A program made the position numbers and the translations under genes. The notes below the pieces were generated by a model, which made no database searches, was not told the origin of the DNA, and worked only from the letters and a program-made list of their open reading frames with translations. DNA of 32,000 nt from Pseudomonadota bacterium (GTDB taxonomy: Bacteria > Pseudomonadota > Gammaproteobacteria > Burkholderiales > Burkholderiaceae_D): the NCBI GenBank assembly GCA_040388275.1, contig JAZKCA010000070.1, positions 47,127-79,126 of the forward strand, written 5' to 3'. Below are positions 17,170 to 26,659 of the stretch, piece after piece (position 1 is the first letter of the stretch; every line of letters starts with the position of its first letter).

Positions 17170-17582
17170 TTGTTGAGTTTTCGAATCCGTTCGGACGGCG
17201 TAATGATGTCCGTCAGGCGAATCCCGAACTTGTCGTTGACCACCACCACCTCGCCCTGGGCGATCAGGCAGCCGTTGACCAGCACGTCCATCGGCTCGCC
17301 GGCCATGCCGTCGAGCTCGACAACCGAGCCCTGCGCCAGTTGCAGCAGGTTCTTGATGGCGATCTTGGTGCGGCCCAGTTCCACCGTCAGCTGCACCGGG
17401 ATGTCGAGGATGAAGTCGATATCGTTGGGGGTCTCGTTCTTGGTGCCCTTGTTCGAGAAATCCTTGAACACGGCGGCACTGGCGGCCTGGGTTTGCAGCG
17501 CGTCGGCCTCGGCCTTGGCCTGCTCGGCAATGGCCGCGCCCCAGTCGTCGTCCATGCTCGTATCATCTTGGTTATCGGACAT
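17166..17582 (-). CDS. fliN: Flagellar C-ring / switch protein FliN
   Basis: 138 aa from MSDNQDD... (AGGGG RBS). The SpoA domain reads DIPVQLTVELGRTKIAIKNLLQLAQGSVVELDGMAGEPMDVLVNGCLIAQGEVVVVNDKFGIRLTDI. The ORF-track extension to 18071 overlaps fliM and is rejected. Confidence 0.93.
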   Translation of the reverse strand: MSDNQDDTSMDDDWGAAIAEQAKAEADALQTQAASAAVFKDFSNKGTKNETPNDIDFILDIPVQLTVELGRTKIAIKNLLQLAQGSVVELDGMAGEPMDVLVNGCLIAQGEVVVVNDKFGIRLTDIITPSERIRKLNK

Positions 17583-17593
17583 CTCGCACCCCT

Positions 17594-18571
17594 TTATTTG
17601 ATTTCTGCACTTGCTAGCAATTTTTCGACCTTGAGCGCGTACTGGCCGTTCAGGACGCCGTACGTGCAATCCATCACGGGCACCCCGTCGACGGTCGCTT
17701 GAATTTGTTCGGATACGACCAGCGGGATGATATCGCCGACCTTGAAATTGAGGATGTCGTCGAAGGATGCGCGCCCGGTGCCCAGCGTGGCCACCAGTTC
17801 GACTTCGGCGATCTGGATCTGCTGGGTCATCAGGCGGATCCAGCGCTTGTCGATCTCCAGCGCCTCGCCCTGCAGGCTGGAGGTGAGGGCGTCGCGGATC
17901 GGCTCGATCATCGAGTACGGCATGCAAAAGTGGATCTGGCCCGACACCGAACCGAGTTCCACCGTGAAGGTCGACGACACCACCACTTCGTTGGGGGTGG
18001 CGATGTTGGCGAACTGGGTGTTCATTTCCGAGCGGATGTATTCGAACTCGACCGGGAAGACCGGCTCCCACGACTTGGTATAGGCTTCGAACACGATGTC
18101 GAGGATGCGCAAGATGATGCGCTGCTCGGTCTGGGTAAAATCGCGGCCTTCGACCCGGGTGTGGAAACGGCCGTCGCCGCCGAACAGGTTGTCCACCAGC
18201 AGGAACACCAGGCCCGGATCGAACACCATCAGGGCGGTGCCGCGCAGCGGCTTCATGTGCACCAGGTTCAGGTTGGTAGGCACCACCAGGTTGCGGATGA
18301 ATTCGCTGTACTTGGAGACCCGCACCGAACCGACCGAAATTTCCGCGCTGCGGCGCAGGAAGTTGAACAGGCCCACCCGCAACAGGCGCGCGAAGCGCTC
18401 GTTGATGATTTCCAGGGTCGGCATGCGGCCGCGCACGATCCGTTCCTGGGTGGCCAGGTTGTAAGTACGTACCCCGGCCGCTTCCTCCGGCGCGGCGGCG
18501 TCGTCCTGGTCGCCGTTGACGCCCTTGAGCAGGGCATCAACTTCTTCCTGGGAAAGGAAATTATCGGCCAT
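17594..18571 (-). CDS. fliM: Flagellar C-ring / switch protein FliM
   Basis: 325 aa. The N-terminus MADNFLSQEEVDALL is a CheY-P binding LSQxEIDALL-type motif. Also ...RMPTLEIINERFAR... Confidence 0.95.
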   Translation of the reverse strand: MADNFLSQEEVDALLKGVNGDQDDAAAPEEAAGVRTYNLATQERIVRGRMPTLEIINERFARLLRVGLFNFLRRSAEISVGSVRVSKYSEFIRNLVVPTNLNLVHMKPLRGTALMVFDPGLVFLLVDNLFGGDGRFHTRVEGRDFTQTEQRIILRILDIVFEAYTKSWEPVFPVEFEYIRSEMNTQFANIATPNEVVVSSTFTVELGSVSGQIHFCMPYSMIEPIRDALTSSLQGEALEIDKRWIRLMTQQIQIAEVELVATLGTGRASFDDILNFKVGDIIPLVVSEQIQATVDGVPVMDCTYGVLNGQYALKVEKLLASAEIK

Positions 18572-18577
18572 GGCAGG

Positions 18578-19060
18578 TCACTGGATGATAAAGGAGGTAA
18601 ACAGCACGTCGGTGACCTCTTGCGGCGGTCCCTTGTCGACGAAAGGCAGGCGCACGGCGGCGATGATTTCCTTCGACAGCACGCCCTTGCCCTCGACCGT
18701 GGTCAGCTCGGACGCCTTCTTGGCCGACAGCAACAGCAGCACGCGGCTGCGCACGCGCGCCATGTTCACCTTGATCAGCTCGACCTGTTCCAGGCTGGAC
18801 ACCTGCAGCGTGAACTGGATTTGCAAATACTGTTCACCGTTTTCCGGCTGCAGGTTCACGGTGAACGGTTCGATGACGACGAATTCGGGCTTTTCGAGCT
18901 TCTTGGCCGGCTTGTGGTTGGGGTCCGATTTGGCGCCCAGGAAATACCAGGCCGCACCGCCGCCACCGCCGAGCAGCAGCACGGCCGCCAGGCCGATCAC
19001 CAGCATTTTCTTGCTTTTCGCAGGTGCCGGTGCGGGTGCCGCTTTCGGGTCAGCCTTCAT
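18578..19060 (-). CDS. fliL: Flagellar basal-body-associated protein FliL
   Basis: 160 aa with a single N-terminal TM segment (MLVIGLAAVLLLGGGGG) and a periplasmic domain with FTVNL.....YLQIQFTL. It is the first gene of the fliLMNOPQR unit. Confidence 0.9.
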   Translation of the reverse strand: MKADPKAAPAPAPAKSKKMLVIGLAAVLLLGGGGGAAWYFLGAKSDPNHKPAKKLEKPEFVVIEPFTVNLQPENGEQYLQIQFTLQVSSLEQVELIKVNMARVRSRVLLLLSAKKASELTTVEGKGVLSKEIIAAVRLPFVDKGPPQEVTDVLFTSFIIQ

Positions 19061-19207
19061 AATGGGTCGCTTTCAAGTTGCATGGGTCGTTTCGTCATTA
19101 TGTCATTATCGCGAATAAGTGCGCGGCCGCATGTATTGAAAAGAAGGAAGAATCGGAGCCAACTCGTGGCTTGCGGCACACATTCATGCGAAAGCCGCGG
19201 ACTAAAC

Positions 19208-20584
19208 TCAGGCGAAGGTGTCGACCAGGCCCGGCGATTCGCCCGTGCGCGGGGGCCGCGCGGCGACCCGTGCCTCGGCTTCGGCGGCGCTGCCGCTCGG
19301 GCCCTGCCCGGGTGCGCCGCCGTTGCGGCCTTGCGCTTCACCCTGGGCTTGCTGCTGGCCGCTGCTGCCGTCATGCACGCTGGCGTTGCCCAGCGCGATG
19401 CCATTCTCGCCCATCATCTCGCGCAGCTTCGGCATGGCGTCCAGCAGCGCCTGCCGGACCTCGGGCTGGGCTGCCGCGAAGGTGACGGTGGCTTGGTCGT
19501 TGGTCACGCTCAGCACCACTTGCATCGGTCCCATGTCGGGCGGGTTCAGGGTCAGGGTGGCGCTTTGTTCCTTGCCGGCCACCATCCAGACGATCTTTTG
19601 CGCGACCTGGTTGTCCCAGGCCGGTGTGCCGACGCGCGCGGCGATCCTGTCGGCGGCATCTGCAGCGGACGAGCCTTGCAGCGGGGCAAAGGCGGCCGCC
19701 TGCAGTGGCGTTGCGGCCACGGCCGCGAGCGGCACTTCCTTGGCCGCCAGCGGCTCGGGCAGCACGTCGCGCACGACGGCGACGGCGGGGGCGGCCAGGT
19801 TGGGCTGCACGGCAGGCTTGGCGTCGGTGCGCAGCGTTTGCTCGAGGGGGGCGCGTTCTTGCGGCACGCCCTGGGCGGCGGCGGACGGCGCGCTGCGCGG
19901 CTGGGCCAGGGCGGCGGCAGCGGCCTCCAGGCCCGCTTGCATGGCGCCGTCGACCTTGCCCATCATGTTGGAAAAGGCCGTCTCGGGGCCTTGCGCTGCG
20001 ACCGGTACGGCGGCGCCGGCAGGGCCGGCCGGCAGGGCCGGGGCCAGCAGGCGCGCGCCGCCTCCCTGGGCCGCTGCGGGAAGCTCGGCCAGCGCCGGCA
20101 GGGCGGCTGCGCCCGGCAGCCGGTCGCTGCTCGCCGCTGCCGCCGCGGCGACTGCCGCGGCAATCGCCTGGCCAACAGCGCTCACGGGCGCCGGCTGGTT
20201 GAAGCTGGCCACCATGGCCATCAAGTCGAGCAGGGGATTGGTGGCGGCAGGGTCAGTCGCCACAGCGCCGTCGGCGGCATCCTCGGCCACTGCGCTGGCG
20301 CTGGTGGCCTCGTCGGACGCAGCGGCCTTGGCCGGCGCCGCCGGCTCGGCGGCCTTGTCTTGCTGCGCGGGCTTGGCCGCTGGCTGGGGTGCGGCTGCCT
20401 TGGCCGGCGGGTTGGCCTTGGCCGGCGCCTGCGGCTTGGCCGGCGCGCCCTGCTGCTGGTGCATCTCGCGCGACAGGGCCTGGCTGAACTGGGCGCCGCC
20501 ATCGGCGTTGCCCGACTGGTTGCGTGGAGCGGCAGGGGCGGGCGCGGCGCTGGTCAGCTGGACGGGAAGTGGAGGGCTTTGCAT
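19208..20584 (-). CDS. fliK: Hook-length control protein FliK
   Basis: 458 aa. It has an Ala/Pro-rich central region and the C-terminal domain ...QSATLTLNPPDMGPMQVVLSVTNDQATVTFAAAQPEVRQALLDAMPKLREMMGENGIALGNASV (FliK C-terminal pattern). It follows fliJ. Confidence 0.88.
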   Translation of the reverse strand: MQSPPLPVQLTSAAPAPAAPRNQSGNADGGAQFSQALSREMHQQQGAPAKPQAPAKANPPAKAAAPQPAAKPAQQDKAAEPAAPAKAAASDEATSASAVAEDAADGAVATDPAATNPLLDLMAMVASFNQPAPVSAVGQAIAAAVAAAAAASSDRLPGAAALPALAELPAAAQGGGARLLAPALPAGPAGAAVPVAAQGPETAFSNMMGKVDGAMQAGLEAAAAALAQPRSAPSAAAQGVPQERAPLEQTLRTDAKPAVQPNLAAPAVAVVRDVLPEPLAAKEVPLAAVAATPLQAAAFAPLQGSSAADAADRIAARVGTPAWDNQVAQKIVWMVAGKEQSATLTLNPPDMGPMQVVLSVTNDQATVTFAAAQPEVRQALLDAMPKLREMMGENGIALGNASVHDGSSGQQQAQGEAQGRNGGAPGQGPSGSAAEAEARVAARPPRTGESPGLVDTFA

Positions 20585-20604
20585 GATGGTTGCTCGATTC
20601 AGTG

Positions 20605-21048
20605 TCAGCGTTTTTTGTAGTAAGCCTGGCGGGCCGCGTGTTCATCCATCTGTTTCTGGTCCAGCTTGTTCTCCAGGCGCAGCGCTTCGGTCGCGGCGCG
20701 CTCGCTCAAGGTCCGGTACGACAGGCGCTTGCGTTCGGCGGCCTGCCACAGCGTTTTCTCCATCGCGCTCTTGTGCTGCGCATGCTTGATGACGTCGCGC
20801 TGGCCATTGATGGCGATGTCCAGCTTGTCCATGAAGGCGACAAAATTGCGGTAGGCCATCGGCGTGATGCCCGCCACCTGGGCCGCATCGAGCCGGTTCG
20901 CGTAATCGTCGCGGTAGCCCAGCAGCATGGTCAGCTTTTGTTCGCACTCGTCGACCGCTTTGAGCGCCGCGCCCAGGCGCTTGGCGGCGTCGTCGGTGTC
21001 GCGCTGGGCCAGTTCGATCAGGGTATCAAGCGCGGTCGATTTGGCCAT
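20605..21048 (-). CDS. fliJ: Flagellar export apparatus stalk/chaperone-escort protein FliJ
   Basis: 147 aa coiled-coil (…KLTMLLGYRDDYANRL…YRNFVAFMDKLDIAINGQ…), located between fliI and fliK. Confidence 0.88.
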   Translation of the reverse strand: MAKSTALDTLIELAQRDTDDAAKRLGAALKAVDECEQKLTMLLGYRDDYANRLDAAQVAGITPMAYRNFVAFMDKLDIAINGQRDVIKHAQHKSAMEKTLWQAAERKRLSYRTLSERAATEALRLENKLDQKQMDEHAARQAYYKKR

Positions 21049-21083
21049 GGTGAGTCATTATAGGATCGGCCCGGGCGGCTCAA

Positions 21084-22481
21084 TCAGTCGAATAGCGTGG
21101 TAAGTTGGCCCAAGCTCTCGAGCATGCCGACCCGTTCGGTGATTTCCTGGCATAGGAAAGCCTCGATTTTCTCGTTCTTGGCAATGGCCAGGTCAAGCAC
21201 CGGGTCGCTGCCGGAGGCGTACGCGCCGACGCTGATCAGGTCGCGCGAGCGCTCATAGCGCGAATACAGCTGCTTGAGCTTGCGCGCGGCCATCTGGTGG
21301 GCGGTGCTGGTGATGCCGTGCATGGCGCGGCTGATTGACTGTTCGATATCGATTGCCGGGTAATGGCCCGCTTCGGCCAGGCGCCGGTTCAGCACGATGT
21401 GCCCGTCCAGGATGGCGCGCGCCGAGTCGGCGATCGGATCCTGCTGGTCGTCGCCCTCGGTCAGTACCGTGTAGAAGGCGGTGATCGAGCCGCCCCCTTC
21501 GAGCCCGTTGCCGGCCCGTTCGACCAGCACCGGCAGCTTGGCGAACACCGACGGCGGGTAGCCCTTGGTGGCGGGCGGCTCGCCGATGGCCAGCGCGATT
21601 TCGCGCTGCGCCATCGCATAGCGGGTCAGCGAATCCATGATCATCAAGACATTCTTGCCTTGATCGCGGAAGTATTCGGCGATGGTGGTGGTGTAGGCGG
21701 CGCCCTGCAGGCGCATCAGGGGCGGGGTGTCGGCCGGCGCGGCCACCACCACCGAGCGCGCCAGGCCCTCGGGGCCCAAAATCTGTTCGATGAATTCCTT
21801 GACCTCGCGGCCTCGTTCGCCGATCAGGCCGACGACGATCACGTCGGCCGTGGTGTAGCGCGCCATCATCCCCAGCAGCACCGACTTGCCCACGCCGGAA
21901 CCGGCGAACAGGCCCAGGCGCTGGCCGCGCCCGACCGTGAGCATGGCATTGATGGCGCGGATGCCGACGTCGAGCGTGTCGACGATGGGGGCGCGGTCGA
22001 GCGGGTTGGCGGGGCGTACATTGATCGGGGCGCTCTCGTCGGAGTCGAGCGGGCCGAGGGTATCGAGCGGACGCCCGGCGCCGTCGAGCACGCGGCCCAG
22101 CAAGCCCCAGCCGACCGGCAGGTGGCGCGCGCGGTCGCTGGGACGGCGACGCGGGTGCGCCACCGAACCGGGGCGCGGGATCTGGGTTTCGACCGGAAAG
22201 ACGCGGGTGCCGGGCACGATCCCTTCGACGTCCGACTGCGGCATCAGGAACAGGCGCTCGCCGTCGAAGCCGACCACTTCGGCTTCGACCCGGGCCCCGT
22301 TGGGCATGGGGATGGTGCAGGCGCTGCCGACGGCCAGGCGCAGGCCCACGCATTCCATGACCAGCCCCGCCACCCGCGTGACGCGCCCCGACACCAGCAT
22401 CGGGTCGACGAAGCCAGTGACGGCGGTGCAGTCGCGGATGTAGGAACTCCAGCGGGCGCTGTGGCGGTCGGCGGCTTTCAC
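21084..22481 (-). CDS. fliI: Flagellum-specific ATPase FliI
   Basis: Walker A GSGVGKS and Walker B-region [18 protein letters not shown] proposed GTG start at 22481, 1 nt after the fliH TGA, gives [15 protein letters not shown]..., which aligns to the enterobacterial FliI N-terminus. The track's upstream extension to 22613 overlaps fliH. Confidence 0.92.
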   Translation of the reverse strand: MKAADRHSARWSSYIRDCTAVTGFVDPMLVSGRVTRVAGLVMECVGLRLAVGSACTIPMPNGARVEAEVVGFDGERLFLMPQSDVEGIVPGTRVFPVETQIPRPGSVAHPRRRPSDRARHLPVGWGLLGRVLDGAGRPLDTLGPLDSDESAPINVRPANPLDRAPIVDTLDVGIRAINAMLTVGRGQRLGLFAGSGVGKSVLLGMMARYTTADVIVVGLIGERGREVKEFIEQILGPEGLARSVVVAAPADTPPLMRLQGAAYTTTIAEYFRDQGKNVLMIMDSLTRYAMAQREIALAIGEPPATKGYPPSVFAKLPVLVERAGNGLEGGGSITAFYTVLTEGDDQQDPIADSARAILDGHIVLNRRLAEAGHYPAIDIEQSISRAMHGITSTAHQMAARKLKQLYSRYERSRDLISVGAYASGSDPVLDLAIAKNEKIEAFLCQEITERVGMLESLGQLTTLFD

Positions 22482-22482
22482 G

Positions 22483-23133
22483 TCAGGGGACCAGCCATTC
22501 GATGTTGTTCTTGCCCAGCGCCGCGGCCAGGCGCTGCCAGCGCGAAGCGGCCTGGGCGTCGATCTGGTTGCTGGCGGTATCGATCTTGCAGCCGCCGCGC
22601 GCGATTTGCGCATCCTCGACCAGGCGCCAGCCGCCCTTGTCGAGTTCTTCGCCCATGGATGCGCGCACGATCTCGGCGTCGGCGGGATTGAGCTGCAGCA
22701 GGGCTGGCTGCTGCAGCACCGGCAGGTAGCCGATCGCTTCGCGCACGATCGGGATGATCAGTTCGGGTTTGACGTCGAGCGCGCAGCGCAGCATGCCCTT
22801 GGACAGCTGCAGCGCCAGTTCCAGCAGGTCGGCCGCGATGGCCTCGTCTGCCGCGGCCAGCGCCTGGCCGAAGGTGAGGGCGAGCGACTGCAGGTGTTCG
22901 AGTTCGGCGGATGCCGCGGCGCGTCCGATGGCCAGGCCGTCGGCATAGCCGGCCGCGTGGCCTTCGTCGTAGCCGATCAGGCGCGCCTCTTCCTGGATCC
23001 CGGCCACCAGGTCGGGGGACGGCGCTTGCGGCGCCTGGGGACGCTTGGCCACGGCGCTCGGGCGCTCGTCGCCGAACGACTGCATTTCCCAGCGCTGGTA
23101 GGCGCTTTGCTGTTCTTTCGGGATCTCAGACAA
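22483..23133 (-). CDS. fliH: Flagellar export ATPase regulator FliH
   Basis: 216 aa, located between fliG and fliI. Typical features are the W..W/..F N-terminus and the C-terminus ...[27 protein letters not shown] start at 23133 preceded by GGAGGA. Confidence 0.88.
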   Translation of the reverse strand: MSEIPKEQQSAYQRWEMQSFGDERPSAVAKRPQAPQAPSPDLVAGIQEEARLIGYDEGHAAGYADGLAIGRAAASAELEHLQSLALTFGQALAAADEAIAADLLELALQLSKGMLRCALDVKPELIIPIVREAIGYLPVLQQPALLQLNPADAEIVRASMGEELDKGGWRLVEDAQIARGGCKIDTASNQIDAQAASRWQRLAAALGKNNIEWLVP

Positions 23134-24121
23134 AGGAATCCTCCCCTTTGCCGCCCAGGACGATCTGGCCTTCGTCGGACAGGCGGCGCACGATCTGCAG
23201 GATTTGCTTTTGCTGCGCCTCGACCTCGGACAGGCGTACCGGACCCTTTGAATCGAGGTCTTCGCGCATCATCTCGCCGGCCCGCTGTGACATATTCTTG
23301 AAAATCTTTTCGCGCAGGTCCTGGGACGCGCCCTTGAGCGCGATGATCAGCATCTCGGACTGCACTTCGCGCAGCAGCAGCTGGATGCCGCGGTCGTCGA
23401 TGTCGATGATGTTATCGAACACGAACATCTCGTCCATGATCTTCTGGGCCATGTCGTTGTCGTAGTTCTTGATGTTGTCCATGACCGAGCCTTCCTGCTC
23501 GCCGCTCATGAAGTTGAGGATTTCGGCGGCCGCGCGCACCCCGCCCAGCGAGGACTTCTTGATGTTCTCGTTGCCCGACAAGAGCTTGGTGAGCACGTCG
23601 TTCAGTTCGCGCAGCGCGGCCGGCTGCACGCCGTCGAGGGTGGCGATGCGCAGCACCACGTCGTTGCGCAAACGGTCGGTGAAATTGCCCAGGATTTCGC
23701 AGGCCTGGTCGCGCTCGAGGTGGACCAGGATGGTGGCGATGATCTGCGGGTGCTCGTTGCGGATCAATTCCGAAACCGAGGCCGCGTCCATCCATTTCAG
23801 GCTTTCGATGCCCGAGGCGTCCTTGCCGCCCAGGATGCGCGAGAGCAGCACCGACGCCTTGTCGTCGCCCAGCGCCTTGGTCAGCACCTGGCGGATGTAT
23901 TCGTCCGAGTCGAGGCCCACCGTCGAATTGAGTTCGGTCTGTTTGCGGAAGGCGTCGAGCACGTCGACCACCTGGCCGTGCTGGACCGCCTTCATGGTGG
24001 CCATGGCCGCGCCCAGCTTGAGCACTTCGCGCGGGCCGAGGAATTTCATCACTTCGGCCGCCTCGACTTCGCCCAATGCGAGCATCAGGATCGCCGCCTT
24101 CTGGATGCCGTTGTCATTCAT
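23126..24121 (-). CDS. fliG: Flagellar rotor/switch protein FliG
   Basis: 331 aa: GIQKAAILMLALGE..AAEVMKFL... and the C-terminal torque-helix region LLREV....LIIALKGAS..LREKIFKNMSQRAGEMMREDL. Confidence 0.96.
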   Translation of the reverse strand: MNDNGIQKAAILMLALGEVEAAEVMKFLGPREVLKLGAAMATMKAVQHGQVVDVLDAFRKQTELNSTVGLDSDEYIRQVLTKALGDDKASVLLSRILGGKDASGIESLKWMDAASVSELIRNEHPQIIATILVHLERDQACEILGNFTDRLRNDVVLRIATLDGVQPAALRELNDVLTKLLSGNENIKKSSLGGVRAAAEILNFMSGEQEGSVMDNIKNYDNDMAQKIMDEMFVFDNIIDIDDRGIQLLLREVQSEMLIIALKGASQDLREKIFKNMSQRAGEMMREDLDSKGPVRLSEVEAQQKQILQIVRRLSDEGQIVLGGKGEDSFV

Positions 24122-25775
24122 TGGTGCCTACCCATGCCTTGACCACGTTGGCGACCACGCGCGGGTCTTCCTTGGCCAGCTTCTTGGCCATGTTCAGGTT
24201 GTCGCGGTAGCCGTCGCCCTGGGTCGATTCCATTTCCTGCAGCGCGGCCTGGGCCTGCGCCTGCTCGGGCGTGACCGGCACGCGCACCGGCGCTTCGGGC
24301 ACCGAGGAGATTTCGTCGAGGCGGCGAAACAGGGGGCGCAGCAGGGGACGCAGCACCTTGAACCAGACGATCGCCAGCAGGATCAGGCCGAGCAGGATGC
24401 GCCCGTAATGCTTGGCCGACGCGATCAGGTCGGGATCGGTCCACCAGCCCGGCACCACGACCGCGTCGACCGGCTTGCCGACGCCGTCGAAGGGCGCGTT
24501 CCTGACCGTCATGGTGTCGCCGCGCTCTTTCGAAAAGCCCATCGCCTCGCGCACCAGGTCATTGATCTGGGCCACTTCGGCGGCCGTTAGCGCGGCCACC
24601 GTGACCTTGCCGGTTTTCGGGTCGACGATGCGGCGGTAGTTGACCAGCACCCCGACCGACAGGCGCTTGATGCCGCCCATCGGCTTTTGTTCGTAGCGAA
24701 TGGTCTTGTCGACTTCGAAATTGGTGGTCGCATCCTTGCGTGTGGCGCCGCCGGCGGTGGCGCCGCCGGCCACGGGAGCGCCGCCGCCGACAGGGGCGGT
24801 GGCCGCGCCCGGAGGCTGGTTCGACAGCGCGCCGGGCACGCCCACGGCCGGCGCCGCCGGGGCGCCCGCCTCCGAGGTCTGGGTGCTGCGGATCGCCGAC
24901 GGCTCGGGCGGCGAATTGGGCTTGTAGGTTTCGGCGGCCGTGTCGACCTGGGCGAAATCGATGTCGGCGGTCGCTTCGGCGCGCACGTTGCCCGGGCCGA
25001 CCAGGGGCGTGATCAGGGACTCGACCTGGCGCACGATGCCCTGCTGGATCGCGGTGACGTATTTGAGCTGGTTCGGGTCGAGCTGCTTGGCGCCGGCCTT
25101 TTCGCTGGTGTCCGACAGCAGGTTGCCGTTCTGGTCGACTACCGTCACGTTCGACGGCGGCAGTTCCGACACGCTCGAGGCGACCAGGTGCACGATGGCG
25201 CTCACTTGCGAGCGGTCCAGCGTGCGTCCGGTCTGCAGGTTGAGCAGGACCGACGCGGTCGGCTTTTGCTGTTCGCGCACGAACACGGTCGGTTTCGGCA
25301 GCGCCAGGTGCACGCGCGCCGAGCCGACCGCCGCCAGCGACTGGATCGAGCGCGCCAGTTCGCCCTCGAGCGAGCGCTGGTAGTTGATCTGTTCGTGGAA
25401 CTGGGACACGCCCAGCTTCTGGTTTTCCATCAGCTCGAAGCCGACGTTGCCGCCCTTGGGCAAGCCCTGGGAGGCGAGCTTCAGGCGCGCGTCGTGGACC
25501 CGGTCGGCCGCGACCATGATGGCGCCGCCGCCTTCGGAGAATTTGTAGGGGATGGCCATCTGATCGAGCGAGGCGGTGATGGCGCCGCCATCCTGGTCGC
25601 TGACGTTGGCAAACAGCACGCGGTACTCGGGCTGCTGGCTCCACATCCACAGGCCGGTCATGATCGCCAGCACGATCGCGATGCCGACCCCGAGGATGAA
25701 ATTGCGCCCCATCGGCGTCTGCGCGAACGACAGCGGCCTGTTCTGGGTGTCGAAATCTTCGGTAGCTGCTGCCAT
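24114..25775 (-). CDS. fliF: Flagellar MS-ring protein FliF
   Basis: About 553 aa from MAAATEDFDTQNR..., with two TM segments. Conserved motifs are YRVLFANVSDQDGGAITASLDQMAIPYKF and VHLALPKPTVFVREQQKPTASVLL. The track start at 25856 is a likely over-extension. Confidence 0.92.
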   Translation of the reverse strand: MAAATEDFDTQNRPLSFAQTPMGRNFILGVGIAIVLAIMTGLWMWSQQPEYRVLFANVSDQDGGAITASLDQMAIPYKFSEGGGAIMVAADRVHDARLKLASQGLPKGGNVGFELMENQKLGVSQFHEQINYQRSLEGELARSIQSLAAVGSARVHLALPKPTVFVREQQKPTASVLLNLQTGRTLDRSQVSAIVHLVASSVSELPPSNVTVVDQNGNLLSDTSEKAGAKQLDPNQLKYVTAIQQGIVRQVESLITPLVGPGNVRAEATADIDFAQVDTAAETYKPNSPPEPSAIRSTQTSEAGAPAAPAVGVPGALSNQPPGAATAPVGGGAPVAGGATAGGATRKDATTNFEVDKTIRYEQKPMGGIKRLSVGVLVNYRRIVDPKTGKVTVAALTAAEVAQINDLVREAMGFSKERGDTMTVRNAPFDGVGKPVDAVVVPGWWTDPDLIASAKHYGRILLGLILLAIVWFKVLRPLLRPLFRRLDEISSVPEAPVRVPVTPEQAQAQAALQEMESTQGDGYRDNLNMAKKLAKEDPRVVANVVKAWVGTNE

Positions 25776-26040
25776 GTATGGTTTTCCGGGGCCCGCGCCC
25801 AACGATGTTGTTCGCCCAATCGATGCGACTCGCGGCGCGAATTGGGGCTCAAGCACAAGTATGCGGCCATGCGGGCGCGCTCAATCGTTGAAACAGAGGC
25901 GGTTTTCGCCGCTTGCTCCTGCGAAATTATGGCGCAGCCGCTGGTATTCTGGCAGCCTGACGTCGCTTGTGCATCCATTGTACTCGCGCAACAGGCGCAC
26001 GATGGCGTGCCTGGGGACGTGCAGCAACAGGAGAACCGGA

Positions 26041-26400
26041 ATGAATATTGGAGCGATCGACGGCGGGCGCATCGAAGCGATGATCGCCCAGCTAAAGGCG
26101 GCCTCGACCAAGCCAGGCACGGAGGTGGCGACCGCCGCGCCGGGGCAGAGCGTGGGCGGTCCGGGCGGGGTGGCGAAGGTCAACTTCGCCGATGCGCTGA
26201 AGCATTCGATCGAGGAAGTGAGCGACGCCCAGCTGGCCGCAGGCGCCAAGGGCAAGGCCTTCCAGATGGGCGACGACTCGGTCAGCCTGTCGGACGTGAT
26301 GATCTCGATGCAGAAAGCGAGCATCGGCTTCCAGGCCAGCGTACAGGTGCGCAACAAGCTGGTATCTGCTTACAACGAGATCATGAACATGCAAGTCTAG
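26041..26400 (+). CDS. fliE: Flagellar hook-basal body complex protein FliE
   Basis: 119 aa from MNIGAIDGG... (AGGAGAA RBS). The C-terminus is SLSDVMISMQKASIGFQASVQVRNKLVSAYNEIMNMQV. It is divergent from fliF. Confidence 0.92.
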   Translation: MNIGAIDGGRIEAMIAQLKAASTKPGTEVATAAPGQSVGGPGGVAKVNFADALKHSIEEVSDAQLAAGAKGKAFQMGDDSVSLSDVMISMQKASIGFQASVQVRNKLVSAYNEIMNMQV

Positions 26401-26406
26401 TCCAGC

Positions 26407-26549
26407 CGACATCGAGGTCAGACCTGAATCGCGACATCGAGGTCAGACCTGAATCGCGACATCGAGGTCAGACCTGAATCACGTGAATCGCGTCGTTTAG
26501 GTCAGACCTGAATGACTGACCAAGATGGCATCTTCGAGGTCAGACCTGA
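26407..26549 (+). repeat. REP array: five same-orientation copies of core GAGGTCAGACCTGA, including three tandem 25-bp units
   Basis: CGACATCGAGGTCAGACCTGAATCG occupies 26407-26431 and 26432-26456. The third unit, 26457-26481, differs only in its last base (A). Further cores lie at 26499-26513 and 26534-26549. The array starts 7 bp after the fliE stop. Confidence 0.9.
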
Positions 26550-26659
26550 TACGCGGCAGGTCCTCAAGTCAGGTTATCTTGCGCACAGTTGACGCCGCAC
26601 CGCAAAGGAGAAAACTTAAAAGATATCGTGAAGGTCGGTCCAATCGTCCTTCTTTTTCC

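Noticed and set aside
17583-18071. Upstream extension of the fliN ORF (301-aa track ORF)
   Set aside because: The extension lies entirely inside fliM in a different frame. FliN homology begins at MSDNQ (17582), which has its own AGGGG RBS.
19106-19113. Sigma28 -10-like CGCGATAA upstream of fliL
   Set aside because: No TAAAGTTT-like -35 element lies at the required 11-nt spacing. It is better read as a TATAAT-like sigma70 -10 candidate (see findings).
17699-20620. 973-aa plus-strand ORF, the longest in the window
   Set aside because: It is antisense to fliM, fliL and fliK, which are all clearly recognisable. Its translation is Arg/Gly/His/Leu-rich low-complexity sequence, typical of the stop-poor antisense frame of high-GC coding DNA. 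It has no family-like motifs.
22482-22613. N-terminal extension of the fliI ORF (track start at 22613)
   Set aside because: The extension overlaps the 3' end of fliH in another frame and is Arg/Ala/Pro-rich. The GTG at 22481, right after the fliH stop, gives an N-terminus aligning with known FliI proteins.
26407-26549. Possible CRISPR array (regularly spaced identical repeats)
   Set aside because: The 25-bp units abut directly with no unique spacers. Later copies are irregularly spaced, no cas genes are nearby, and the core matches REPs associated with the adjacent RAYT gene.
26525-26659. Upstream extension of the RAYT ORF (track start 26525), with analogous over-extensions of flgB (3972-4016) and fliF (25776-25856)
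   Set aside because: The RAYT extension would be translated through a REP copy, and RAYT homologues begin near the ...P.HI.QRGNNR motif. The flgB and fliF extensions lack RBS support, and family N-termini start at the internal ATGs.
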